This document shows positions 51,701 through 64,000 of a stretch of 64,000 nt of DNA, piece after piece; position 1 is the first letter of the stretch, and every line of letters begins with the position of its first letter. The DNA is from Klebsormidium nitens (taxonomy: Eukaryota; Plantae; Klebsormidiophyceae). The DNA lies in NCBI GenBank assembly GCA_000708835.1, contig DF237074.1:1-64000 (forward strand), given 5' to 3'. Under the pieces are notes generated by a model, which saw nothing but the letters and a program-made list of their open reading frames with translations, did no database searches and was not told the DNA's origin. A program made the translations under genes and the position numbers.

Positions 51701-54700
51701 TCAAATGCGGATCTTGCTGTCAAGAGTGGCGGCTCTGAGTTGAAGAGCTACACATCCCAGACGATCCACTCACAAAGCTGAAGCAAGAGTCTCTGGTTGA
51801 GCAACCATAGAGGTCCAAGATTACGCCTTTTCTTCAGATTCGTGTTTGACAATACACGCCCAATTCCTACCTGGAGACTAGGAAACCGGTCCAACGAGTC
51901 GATGGAAGCCCACTCCGACAGCTGGTTGCGCCCTGCCAAGCAGTAAACGAATTCACCCAATCATTCATCAACGCTCTCGGCTTTAGCAGAGGCTCACAGC
52001 AGCGTTTCGTGATCCACGAGAGATCGTGACTTGTTCGTAAATGTTACTGGCAATCACTGCGCACCGTACAAGCACATTCACACGGGAGCGCTCCCCGAGA
52101 ACATCGCCACGTTGGGAGCATCGCACCGCCTCAAATGTGACAGAACGAACCATGGACGAATCAAGTTCTCTTTCAAAGGCGGAGGCTTTACCTAAGAGGA
52201 GGCACTGCAGGCCTTGAAACGGTAGGTTTCCGGACGGCGCCCCATGCGCCTCCGATGCTTGCAGGTACCGGACGTCCGTCAACTCGTTTCCACTCAAGAA
52301 CAGCGACGTCAAGCTGGAGAAAACGACGGCAGAGGAGAAGTTAAGGTTCCAGATATGGTGGCAATAAGTCCCATTTATTAAGAGCAAAGAGAGCTGTTGT
52401 TTGGGCCGACCCATGGCCAGAGGGCTTCTCTGGCTTCCTTGAAAAGGGACTGGCAGAAGCTTTTCAGATCGAAGAAGCTGTTTTCACTTGAACAATCCGC
52501 TCTGTATGGAGGAGTAATCAGAATCTGGCTCTCGGCCGTTCTTCTTTTTGTTGCAAATGACGTTAAGGCACGCCAATCCAGGAACTGGGTAAGACGAGTG
52601 TAGACACGCCTGGTGTTCTCTCGCAAAAAGGACTTTCCTTTTAAAAACTTCTTGAGGAAGCGACCCGGCGAAAACGACCTCACCTTCGCAGCGCCGACAG
52701 TTTGAGGACATCTTCCCACCGTCGAATCTTGTTATCTTCCAAGTCCAGTAGTTCTAAGGAAGGCAAGTTCTCGATCGGACCGGTGCCAAAGTCCTGGATC
52801 CCGTTTCCGCACAGGTGGAGCTCTCGAATGGAAGACAGGCTGGGCCCGAGTGCAGTGACCTGCACAGAGCAGACTCACGGTTTGGCTCGTTGCAGAGGGT
52901 GCCGGTTTGGGGCGTATATCCATGCAGGCACAAGACAGGAATCATGGTTGGTTGTGGATACCAGTTGCTTAGGATCGACTGGCGTCTTAGTTCACCTCGA
53001 TACGCTTGCAGCTCGACGCTCTCTTTATTGAAGCACAGAGGCTTTGACGACTCAAATCTCTCGGAATATGCCCCGAAGTTTCGTAATCAACCGAGCCTGA
53101 TCTTTACAAAGGCGTTGGAGGCTCAATTCACAAGCCCCTAGAAGAGCGGGCTTGTGGTGCCTTGAACCAAATGACTGAAGACTCAATAGCATTGGACAAA
53201 ATTCGGATCAAAGCCCAATGAAGTACAAAGGGAAAGACGAAAAGGGCATACCGAGGCCCATGTGATGCCGCTGTTGTTGAGCACGAGGGTGGTCAGCCCC
53301 GAAAAGACTGGCGCCGTGGACGATGTGGCGAGATTGTCCAACGACGCCGTCAGCCGGTTGCGACTGAGGTTCAAGACCCGAAGCTTTGGGAGCTCACTAA
53401 CAATCTGGCCAATGACCTGCGAAGAGAAAGGCGGTGCGTCCGTTGAAGAATCATGCGCCCCGTTGACATAAGGCAAAGAGCAGGTTTTGAGGTCGGTTTG
53501 GGGATACCAAAATCTGGCAAGTGCTTTGGAGAGGACTATCTTCCAAGGGGGACAACCGTTTGGAAAGGATCAAGGTACAGGACCGGCGCCCCTGCCCCAG
53601 AGAACAGGTGGCCTCCCTCGTGCTTTTGCCATTCTGTCTTGAGCAGGGACTGTCATAGCGCACACGTTCCGGTACAACCGTATGTCTGTCCGGCAAGCGT
53701 CGAACGCCATCCGTTTTTTTGAAAAACGGATATCATTTGTCAAGAAGCGTGGTCCTCACCGTCCAGCTGTGCAGGAGGTTCCCAGTCAGGTCGAGCTCCT
53801 CGATGTCTGGCAAAACAGGTTTGTCAAGGAGAAGCGAACTGCAGTTTTGTCCCTGTACTCTTCTGCATGAACCGCGCATCTATTGCCAGAGTGGTCGTTG
53901 CTTTCATCACAACCTCAGGAACCGGGCCAAACAGCTGAGCCTGAATGCTCAACTTCATCAAAGCATCAGTAACCTACACTGGTGTCAGCTGCACAGCTCT
54001 CAGTAGTGTCACACAAAGTCAACATGAGGACGCACAATCGCAGGGGGATACTTTTTGCTGTGGCGCCGATTTCCCCTGGCTGGCCTGCGGAGTCCACCCC
54101 CGCATCGATGAGCGCCGCTTGCTGCAGGCGCTCCAGGCGGCCCTGCTCCTGCTGGATCTTGTCCAGGCCGACGAGCACCACCGGCATCGGACGGTTACGG
54201 ACCGACATAATGTACATCTCCTTCGAATCTGGGGTGCAGGATAACGTACTCTAAGAGGTTTGAAGAAGGGATTTTTGGTGCTGATGATTATGATGGCACC
54301 AAAGGAATCCTGTATAATCTGCTGACATGAGGAGAAATGAGGGAGAGCAGGATGAGCAAAGTTGGCCACCGTTGCAGCAAGCTGAAAGCATCAGAAGTTG
54401 ATCAGCAGAGATTGTAGGAAGTGTTGGACGGTTGAAAGTGCAGCTATGTCCAACGAGCCTCTGACTTGGTGCCAACTGGCAATCTGGTCACTCAAAAGTC
54501 CAAGTGCCAACCACTACCAGCCTGCCACATCCAACAAAGTGTCTGCTTTCTCCACATTAGCTGACCTTCGGTGCGCTCTGCTTCCTCGGATGGTTTGTAG
54601 CGGGCCCTGAGCGCCTGAACCAGCGTTATTCCTGCTTGAATCTTGTGACTTCTCACAAGCGACCCAGCCCCGGGCTGCTCCACATGAAAGTATTTGACGC

Positions 54701-54881
54701 CCCCTGCCTCTCCGTCATGCTTCCCTCTCTCAAGGTCGTCCCACTCAATGCCAATCCATGTGCCCTGCTGTCCAGCCACAGGCCCGACGTACCGCACTGT
54801 GCCCTTGAATCCATCCGCATCGCTGCTCCGGATGCGCTGACCAACCTGAAAAGGGGACTCCAAACTTGAGGACGTCATCAT
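48745..54881 (-). CDS. TBCE: Tubulin-folding cofactor E (CAP-Gly, LRR, ubiquitin-like domain), about 630 aa, 13 exons
   Basis: Exons 54881-54566, 54228-54052, 53806-53760, 53416-53252, 52859-52684, 52313-52192, 51932-51871, 51511-51404, 51117-51023, 50741-50650, 50327-50173, 49787-49698, 49032-48745. CAP-Gly GTVRYVGPV..GTWIGIEWDD..GKHDG; LRRs LDLTGN, LNLSRN, LHLCGN, LDLEDN; UBL KKLPASTTVARLRVFCEKLF. The start (an in-frame upstream ATG exists at 55082) and the last exon are uncertain. Confidence 0.9.
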
Positions 54882-56455
54882 ACAGAGCTGCAATCGTGGA
54901 AACTTGCTTTGAGAGACGAGAATGCAACTACCTACAATGCGGCAGCAGTTGGCTGTGGACCGGTTTCCCTCAAAACGAACGCAGCCAGCTAGAATCCATG
55001 CAGGCCCCATGCCTTGCAAGCTGGGCCGCCGGGGCCGCCGCGTGCCCCGCGCGGCGGCCGCGGCCGGCTGCTCGCTTGCCATGTCGTGACCGCGCTGCCA
55101 GAGTCCGGCGCGACTCGATCCCGGACTCGAGGATCGCCGGAGTGAGTTCGGCCCGGAACCCGGAGCCTGATTAATGATTGGCGGCGCGCGGAATTCCAAC
55201 TTCCGAGTCCGACGGGCCCGGGCCGTGTTGTTGCAGCATTTATTGCATGCATAATGCTGGCTAGCTGGTGGTCGAAGCGGGTGCCCGGTGCATTATAGAG
55301 TTGGTTTCTTGGCGTTACAGCAGTTTCCAGATTAAGTACAAGTCGGTTAGAAAACATACATCAACATCCTGACTTGCGAAGTTTAAGGGTTACTGCAGGT
55401 TAGGTAAAACAACAGGTAACGGGCCCAACACATGACGCACCGAATGTGCACACGAGCCATCGCGTCCCATGCAGATGGTTTCACAGCTGTCAGGCCCGTT
55501 AGCGCTGTTTCATACTAGCCCAGGCCCCTGGGCTGCGAGCGGGGCACAAAACGGGGCTCCGAGCGCGGGCCCACCTCCGGGCGGCGGTTCGCGGCGCAGG
55601 CGGCAGCAGCGTGCATTGCTGCGAGCCTCAGGGGCCTTGCCGGTGCTCGGGTTTGGGCCCCGGGAGATTGGCTGCCCGGCAAAATACGCACCTCTGGAGG
55701 CTGGCGTGATGCCATCGAGCACCGTTGACGTACTGCTGTTATTACTTGGTCACAGTACCTAAAAGCATTAAAAGCGCACTAGGTGAGACATATTTCGATC
55801 AGTGTGTGTAGAATCCAGATCTCAAAATGCATCATGCACTACCGCAGCTCCGTTTGGCCGCACACATTTTAAGGACTCAAGAGTCTGATACAGCGATTCA
55901 GCTCTTCCCACCGGAATGTCTCCCGGAGTCTCCTGGAGACTCAGGTTCATGAAACGCATCATTGCAATGGGTCAGGAGCATACAGCCGCCAGCGCAAGGC
56001 AAGGCTGAGAATACTCATTGCGAGATGAGATAAGAGAGAAAGCGTGTATCTCCGCCTTGCAAAAGGGCAGGGCGGGGCCCAGCACAAAGCGACGGCGGCC
56101 ACTTTGGTCCCAAGTTTTAAAGACGCAAGCTCAAACGGGTGGCCTTTCTGTATTATGGTCGCGTAGCACACAGCCTCCTTGGAGAAGCTCCCTGAGAAAA
56201 GCGCTGGAAAGCAGGTGAATCGTTGCAGTCAGATCCGTTCCCCCAGGCTTGGATATTAATCTGGTTTTGAAGCTTTAGTCTCGCCCAACCAATACGGTTG
56301 GCTCGACCTGAGAATTTTTCGTGAAACTTCTGGCAGAATACAATAAGGGGCGGACTTTTCAATCAGCCCCCACTTGCACTAGGATTACACTTGGCTAAAA
56401 GATCAGCTGAAAAGAAGCCCACATTTGAAGCTTGACAGAGGATCTTTCAGCAAGC
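54882..56455. promoter_or_regulatory. Divergent intergenic/5' UTR region TBCE / 8-Cys-TLC gene
   Basis: Head-to-head arrangement; GC-rich stretch at 55000-55700. Confidence 0.4.
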
Positions 56456-58925
56456 ATGGCCGACGTTAGCGATCAAGCACGCGGCATCTGGCTCCTTCTC
56501 CTTCTGCTAGCTCCATTCCTCACCGCTTGCTCTGCAAACCCGGGGGCCGCGCTTAGCTCTAATCCAAGCATCTCATCCAACCAATGGAATGCCAAACGGG
56601 AGATTGGCCTCGACGACCTGCCTGGTAACCCGGTGGTTGACTGCGCGGTTAGCAACTTGGTAGCCCCCATGAGCAGCTGTGTGCAGGGCGCCTCCCAGCT
56701 GTGTTGCGCGGCGATCGACGCGGCCTTTGCGCCTGGGGCTAATGCGTCTACCAGGAACTGTTTGTGCTTGCCAATGGTCGCGGCCGCGGGACAGAAGGCT
56801 GCGCTTGGGCTTGGGGTTGACTTCAACAAGGTGAGACCAGCAAGTGCTCTGAATACGTTCGAAGGTCCTACTCTCCATGGGTCCTTGGGGGAGCTGCCTG
56901 TTGCAAGGGAACCAATCTGAAATGCTCCATTCAGGTAACAAAACAATGATTGATCAGAAGCTGGGTTGCAGGCCGGTGTAGATGCAGATTCTACAAGAAG
57001 TGGGCCCCGTTCTTTTCAGAGTCAGCCTTTTGAACCGAATTACTTTTGCAGCGGCCCTCAAACACCACCCTCCACTCACATCTAACCCACTGGTGCCGCT
57101 CCTCTAGTCAGCTTGAGGAGTTTTAAACGCCCAGCTTAACCGCTTGTTAACCCGCTGTTAACCCTGCCCCAGGTTCTGTCCGACTGCTGGACGGCCTACG
57201 GACTGCAGACCAGCTGGTTTGGCGGGACCAACGGCCACTGCCCAACGCTCCCGGTGCGGTCCGACCCATACTTGTGGCGCGCACTCGCGCCCAATATGGT
57301 CGTCCTTCTCCTCACCTACTGGGCACTGTGCGGGGCCGCGGACTACGGGCTCCGCCGTTGGGTGCCGGCCTACCGCGACCTCTCGCCGCTCAAGCAGCGG
57401 AACGTCGCGACGTATCTCCTCGAGATCCTCGTGACGTCAGCGGCGCTCGTGCTGACGCTGACGTACGACGCGGACATCCTCTTCTTTGGACGTATCGGCA
57501 CCCTGGCGAACGCCACTAATGCCGGGATCGGCTTACTCCTGGTTGCGACGCTCTACGTCTTCGAGCTGATCTACCGGAACGAGACCGGATTTCCGCTCAT
57601 GCTGCACCACCTCATTACAATCGTGCTGGTCGTGCTGCTCGTCTTCTCGAACGCGGACAACGCGCCGTCCACCGAGGCGCGTATCGCTCAGCGGTTTTCG
57701 CTGCTCATATCGCTCCACGCGTCCACGGAGCAGCTCACGTTCGTGGGGCTCGCCATGTACCGGCTGGGCCACCCCTGGGCCGCGCGCGTCATGAAGGTGA
57801 GCGTGCGCGAGTGCTGATCGAGCAAGGGATCTGTGCTGCTCGGCTGATGCTCCGAGACACCATAGCATTCTGGCCCGACAGAAGCCGGTTGACTTGCAGA
57901 AGTCCTTTCACTTTCCGGCACTGTTTTCGTATAGGATTGAGTGGAATGGCCTTCAGAACGGGTCCGGTCCTGAATTTATCGCAAACGAGCTCCGGAATCG
58001 ACCCTGTCCGGAGGCTTTCAATCATGGTGTCACGAGTCAATGAAGTTGTCAGAGACGCAACCTACACATCTGCTAGCTGGTCTCTGCTTCACACCAGATC
58101 ATCACCATAAAGCTATGTCTGGATTCTCGTTTAGTGAGGGTCTGTCTAGCGGCCGTCCAGATACCAACCAATCCTAACAAGTCTCAAGAAGCATCCCTTT
58201 TAAGATTCTGGAAGAATCGAAGCTGAAAGTCGGACTTTATTGATTACTGCACGGCTCTGAGAAGAGCATGCTAATATCGGCAGCTCCTAGTTGACCGGTC
58301 ATACCGCTTCAGTGCGCAAGATCGGGGTCGCTCTTTATTTTTGCCTCCTAAAGATCCCTGATTTGCTCCGTTCAGAACTGCGAATCTATAGATGCACAAA
58401 CAACTACATGCTCAGAAAACGGTGCCCTCTCTGCAGATCTCCACGTGGCAGGTCCTCGTCGTCAAGCTCGTCATCAACCTGCTGACGTGGGCACTCCTGA
58501 TTGACTACTACGTCACTACGTACGACGAGCCGTCCGCGTCGCGCAGCGGCACCAACTGGCACGTCGTGTGGCCCATAATGCTCCCCTTCCTCAACACGGC
58601 TCTCTTCGCCTCTCAACTCTACTCCGTCTACATTATCCACATCATCGCAACGCGGCACGAGAGGCGCATCTCCGCAGATACAGGCGGTGACGTCTCCCCG
58701 TCTGGTGACGACGTCGACGAGCCCGACGTGGAGAAAGAGGTGACGTTGCGACCGGAGAGCACGCCCAAAGAGGAGAAGAGGGCACCTGCGTTTGACCGGA
58801 CCCTCAGCGCGCCGGCGGCCGTGCGGTTTGTACGGCAGGCCAGCCTGCAGCGCGCGCGCGTGTTCGCGCACCAGGCGAGCATCAGGATCCGCGAAGCGAT
58901 AGATCAGGACATGGAGATTGTGTGA
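56456..58925 (+). CDS. Membrane protein of about 495 aa: signal peptide + 8-cysteine-motif (LTP/prolamin-like) domain + TLC (TRAM/LAG1/CLN8)-like multipass domain + cytosolic tail; 3 exons
   Basis: Exons 56456-56830, 57173-57796, 58437-58925 (all phase 0, GT-AG). Signal IWLLLLLLAPFLTACSA; cysteine spacing C-x11-C-x7-CC-x17-CxC-x25-C-x17-C; at least 6 hydrophobic helices with LYVFELIYR..PLMLHHL. Confidence 0.78.
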
Positions 58926-61029
58926 GAGCGCGCGCAGTCTTCATGCGTCTACATATCAGAGGCAACTTGCGCAGCATATATAATCATTCAACGATCAGCG
59001 TTTCCGGCCAGCAAGATCGGATGGTGTATAGCCTCGAGTAAGTAGACCCCTTTGTGGCGACGTTCAGAAGTGAACTAACGCCCGTGTCAGTCATAGAACT
59101 ATCATTGAATCCGAATTCATTTCCCGTTTGATCCCGGGACTTCCGGCCAGCGTACGTCACAACTAGAGACACGTGCACTTAGCTCGTTCACGCAGCCGCC
59201 ACCACGTATATCTGATACAGGTCAAAGCGCCGGTCACTCGTCGTATAGTTTGTATTTTTGACATTGTTTGGATGCATCTGCTAGCCTGCCATGAAGTTTG
59301 ACGAATCGATCCATATCAAAACACAGCACATACGTTACAACAGTATCATTATCGCGATCTGCACATGCCATGATGCAAAGACTACGTATCAGAGCTGCCG
59401 CCTTGCCTTGCAGCAAGTACTCATTTAAGTTGATTATCAACGGTCCTAAGTTGGGCCGGGCCGTCACTGCGTCTGCACGGGTGGCAGACGGCCGGCGCCG
59501 CCAGATTAGCAGGTTGCGCCGGGCGCCCAGCCGCCTTTAATTTGTCACCTTGCGAGGACTGAGATATAGCTACTGCTAATTAATATTGCACGAAGCTTGA
59601 GCATTAGTCAAGTGCAAATAAACCTTTTAGTCATTGCCAACCGTGACCAAATATCGTGAATGGAACTGTTACATTGTGACACTTAGTCACACCAGCCGGG
59701 CTGTGAGTATGTTTCGATCAAATTGTGGCCGTGTCTTCGAGATACGTAAACAACTCCAGAGACGCGTCTACGTCAGATGATCGTATTTCACCAAGAACGG
59801 GTCATTAAGTTCTGCCCGAGATTGTGGGTCTGAGTAAGACAGTTTTCGCGAACCCTGGATCAGCACAACGTGCTAGTCCGCGGCCGGACTCGCCGTTGCT
59901 TTAACGTTCTTGGCATGCCACCCAAATTAGCTTAGCCGGGCCCATAAACAGTTTGACATCTTTTGTGATCGAGTCAACCTAGCTGGTACGATCCCTGTAC
60001 GATCAACCGTTGAGTAATTGTAAAATTTCAGAGTGCTTAGACGTCTTCTCCATGGGACGCTACTCGTTGCAACTATTTACTCAGAGGCGCTATATATCTA
60101 CGATCTTAATATCCTAAAACTAGGGGGCCGCCTAAACATTCGACTCAAACGTTGAGTGGCTTTCGAAGGTGCGCAAGCGTTAAGGTGCCTTATAAGCTCT
60201 ATGACTGAATGATATGCCGCCTTGGGTCTTTTTTCTGACAGCTTCGAGTTTTGCCAATCAAAGTCGACTATAGAACGCACAAATCATGGTACGGCGCCCA
60301 TCGTGTGAAGGTCCAGAGCTAGCTCTTGCCCATGTTTTCCTTCAAGGAGGGCCAGAATCTACCCGCGCCTGAATGAGTGTGTCGATGCACCTGTATGAGC
60401 GAATCAGAAGGGCTGGATTGAGAATTATACCTCCCTCTCGATCCGGTTTATTGCCTAACTCAGCCAATCGCTAGTCACAACTCAAACAAACCCACCTCTT
60501 TGCAGAAAGGAAATGGACTTCCGTAACACGGTACCTAACAACAGATGTGTGTGACTTCGCCATCCAAGCAACGGCTTTCCAATCGAGGCCGTAACCGGGT
60601 GAGTTGAAAGCAGGCAGGTCCTCGAAAGCTACCAGACAATGCACCTGTTACCGTACCTGCAGAGTTGGTATATCCTATCTATTATTGTCCAACAAATATA
60701 TCTCAAACTACCTTTGATAGTTGTTGTATCCCATTCGGTATCGTCCAACAACAATTTTAAGTACCTTTGTACGCCTCGAAGAGAGGGGAGGTCGTCGAAA
60801 TGACCAAGTCGTCAAACGAGACAGATTAGAGAAAGCCTGACTTGAAGCTGATTATCTCCCCACACCTCAATCCTGATCTTCTGCTTAGCCGGCTGAAAGG
60901 GTCGCAATGAACAACTTTCTCCGGTCCGCTATCTCCTGGCCCTCACACTGATTCGTATTGGGCTTCCGAAAGTCAAGCCTGAAACACTCGAGCCCGAGTG
61001 CACCTCTCCTTGGGCGCTCGATTCGACGA

Positions 61030-62869
61030 TCAGATGATTATTGCGGACTCAGGACAGCCCAAGCACACCATAAAGAAGAACGATATAGTCGGTGATGCTT
61101 TGGGCGAAAGGAAATATGGAACCCACTCATTCACGCCGCTGAGTAGGACAGTAAGGACCTGCAGCACGATGAAGGTGACGCCCATTGATTTGTTGGAACC
61201 GCTCCCGCCCGCCTCCCCACTGCCCCGAGCGCCGTCGCCAGGATTCCACTGCTGACGTCACACATGACGTTCGCCGGCTCCTCGAACCGCTTCCGCGCCA
61301 CCTTGAAGGGCTGCCAAAGCCGGTCAGAACGGAATGACGTCAGTGCGGTGCGTACGGGACAGGCCTGCTAGGCTTGCGAAGGTGTTTTTGGGCGGGGCGA
61401 GGTTTCGTAAACGGAACGATGTATCAACAGAGATAGGGCGCCCCGCTTTTGACAGTTCGGCAGGCATCTTCGGTAACGTGCAGCAAGAGTGGCGAAGCAG
61501 AAAAAGCAAGACTGTTTGCAAGTAGGTCTCAACCTTCACTCGAGAAATCTGAATAGGGTCGAGGCCAGAATCTGTGGCTAAGCGGAAGCTTGTAAATCGA
61601 AGAAAAGGCTCCTTCGAGCCACCATGATATTGACAAGCAGGGCTCAAAGTTGCCTTCGTTCAATTATTTCAAATCCTCAATTCAATGAAAACCAAGTTCC
61701 CCTCGCGTGCCATTATCTGATTTGTGCAATCTTTAGAAGAATGAGAGAAAAGTACGCAAGAGTGCCAAAACAAGTCAGGAGGGACATTCATATTTAACAA
61801 AAGAGAAATTGGAGAGAACAGCTCCACCTTAACAAGAACATGCAGGCCATAAGGATTGCTTTTCGAGGACGAGAATGAGCGCGAGCTACGCCCAGCTGTC
61901 CTCTCTGTTCGGCCACGACGCGAGCAGCACGCCAAAACAGCTGCATGCCACGTGGCCGTGTACAACACGTCAAGTAAGATGTATCGATGTATGCAACTCC
62001 AGCACGGGCTGGGCAAAGGTTGTACCGCAAAGTGCGCTAAGAGAGGGGCTGCACTGTACGTTCTGGAAAAGTCAAAGCGAGCGACTCAGAAAAGGGGCCG
62101 AGATTCATCCTTGCGCGGGCCTTGCGCACTGGTCAAGCCGGGCCGGGAACCAGCTGATCGGCAAAGCGCGGGTTTCCATAGCATATTTGACGGCAGTACC
62201 GAGTGGCTTCTACATCGTTAAGGGTAACAGATCAGAGACGATCCGCCAAGTTGTTCTGTTACCCGAACAGAAACGATCCACCGCAGCCGACGTCACGAAC
62301 AGGGACCGCTTCAGCATCCGGCTGACGCGGCTCGCCCCAAATTGCTCTATTTCGAATCGGACTCAGCCGCGCGTTTGCGCAACCGCTTCCCCGTCCTGCG
62401 CGCCACCTTTCGCACTGGCCGGGCTGACTTGCCCGTCCTTGTCTGTGTGTTTGTCTTAGACCAGGTTTCCGACCCGGGTTTTCACGTTCACCGTCAGGCT
62501 CTCGTCACCCGTCCCGTTCTGAGCAGCCTGCAGGAGCGACCGCCGCCGCCCCGAGGGGGTCTCGCCTGGGCGGACGCTGACACCCCCGGCGCGTATGAAG
62601 CTCGCCGCGCGCTCCAGGTCCGAAGGGCGCGAGTCGCACAGCCGAAAAGTGAGCGCGGTGTCGAGCCGGCTTAGGACCTCTCGCCCGGCTGCCGCCTTCG
62701 ACAAAAGTTTCGAGCCAGGGAAAAGGGCGACGAAGGTGGTACTAGAAGAGAGCCCGGTGATATTTTCCGGGGGAGGCCCTAGGGGGGGTGGCATTCCGCG
62801 GAGCCGACGAAGTGGTTGTGGTCGAAGGAACAGGTCCAGCGGGAGAAAGAGAAGGAAACGGCATTTGCT
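61030..62869 (-). pseudogene. Candidate disrupted (or mis-assembled) gene for a cell-surface protein: Pro/Ser/Thr stalk, RRRSLLQ domain, Gly linker plus hydrophobic segment
   Basis: GC-rich island; strong minus-strand acceptor ctgac...ttggcag| at 61311; GC3-rich frames; the model needs 1-nt shifts at the G7 run (about 62782-62788) and the C4 run (about 61215-61218); no homolog recognised. Confidence 0.3.
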
Positions 62870-64000
62870 GCAGTGACATAGACGGGGGGAAGCGGCGCCG
62901 CAAAGGAAGGGGAGCTTGTGAGAGATGAAGCCGCACTGGCCATGGTTTCACTTCCAAACAATTATGTAGGTCTTTTCAGGGTTCGTCCACTTTCAGTTCA
63001 CAAAATAAAGAAACTCTTCTTGCATCGTCTTGCCTGAAGTGGGTTCGTTTTTGTCGTTGCCAGATTGAATGAAATCCACAAGAGTTCTTACTTGAGCACT
63101 TCAAAATCAAAGCGAACCGGCACAACCGGATATGCTCATGGAACAGAGCTGAATCAATCTCTTGGCAGTGGCCGGCAAAGCTTCAGCACCCCTGTCGGGA
63201 TGGTTTCAGTTGTCGAGGGCCTTGTGCTGACTGCCTTTTCAAGTTGTTGATTCAGGGGGGGATCCCCATAACGCCCGTTCTTCACAGCATTCAAGATGGG
63301 TGAAGCAAGGGCCTGACACAACTCTAAGTTGCGAGGTCAGGAAAAGGTAGTCACCCTGTCATGCAAGCCCCAAGCGCTGCAGCTTGTTGACCCAGCAAGC
63401 TAGTTACTGCCCCAATTCACATTGCCCGTGAACTTCACCAAGCTGAAACCTGTTGCAGGTGCAATTGCTGGCCCAGGTGCGTATCATCTGACAACCAAGT
63501 AGCTGCTGAAATTAGACAAAGGCGGGCCACAAGATTGCAGAATGCTGGACTTGAAGGGGCCAACTCTTGTCCTGAGCGGCCCTGATGAAGAAGTTGTTGC
63601 GCCAGAAGACTTGAGAGGATGGAGTGCAATTTTTCACAGCTTGGCGGGATGGCACCGGTGCAGCTACTCAAGTGTACAAATACCTTCAAGGCCCCAGTGG
63701 CTGAAGAACTGCCACCAAAGTGGCCTCACTTACGAGATGCCAACAAGACAGCTCAACGGACCAAGGGGGATCCTAATCAGCATCAAGCTGGTAGTTACGG
63801 TCATGTGCTTGCATCTGAGTATTTCATCAACTAAAATGGTGCTGTGAAGCATGTGTGGCGTGGGGCTACGTCTGTGAACCCGCAAGCTGACACCCGCGCG
63901 AGTCCTGGCTTCACTCCAGACGAGCTGCAAAGCTCCATTGTGCAATCTAAGAAGAGCTGCCCTCAGACTGCTGTGTTCGAAACTTTGGGGCGGGACTTTT

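Noticed and set aside
61244-61262. In-frame TGA as possible selenocysteine or readthrough
   Set aside because: A different frame has better GC3 upstream; no SECIS-like hairpin or selenoprotein motif seen
63000-64000. Ser/Pro-rich minus-strand frame that might be upstream exons of the 61-63 kb candidate
   Set aside because: Interrupted by several stops, with weak splice sites; no consistent model

Overview
Eukaryotic, intron-rich nuclear DNA with GC3-rich exons and mostly GT-AG introns. The organism is inferred to be a streptophyte green alga (Klebsormidium-like), from a plant-type 4xC2 MCTP, a plastid-type riboflavin synthase with transit peptide and a bacterial-type RNase Z. I rebuilt seven spliced genes by hand, checking splice sites and phases: VPS33 (-, 14 exons), a CHD6-9/CHD7-like remodeler (+), bacterial-type RNase Z (-, 4 exons), riboflavin synthase (-, 7 exons), MCTP (+, 15 exons), TBCE (-, 13 exons), and an unusual signal peptide + 8-cysteine-motif + TLC-like membrane protein (+, 3 exons). 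A possible disrupted cell-surface protein gene lies at about 61-63 kb. I saw no rRNA, tRNA, CRISPR array or identifiable transposon. Two observations stand out. (1) At six intron 3' ends in three genes, nine degenerate copies of the acceptor/exon start sit upstream of the true exon. Their differences are often synonymous and their spacing clusters at 143-149 bp. (2) The LTP/prolamin-like 8-Cys ectodomain is fused to a TLC-like membrane domain. All family calls come from motif recognition and remembered consensus sequences, not database searches.
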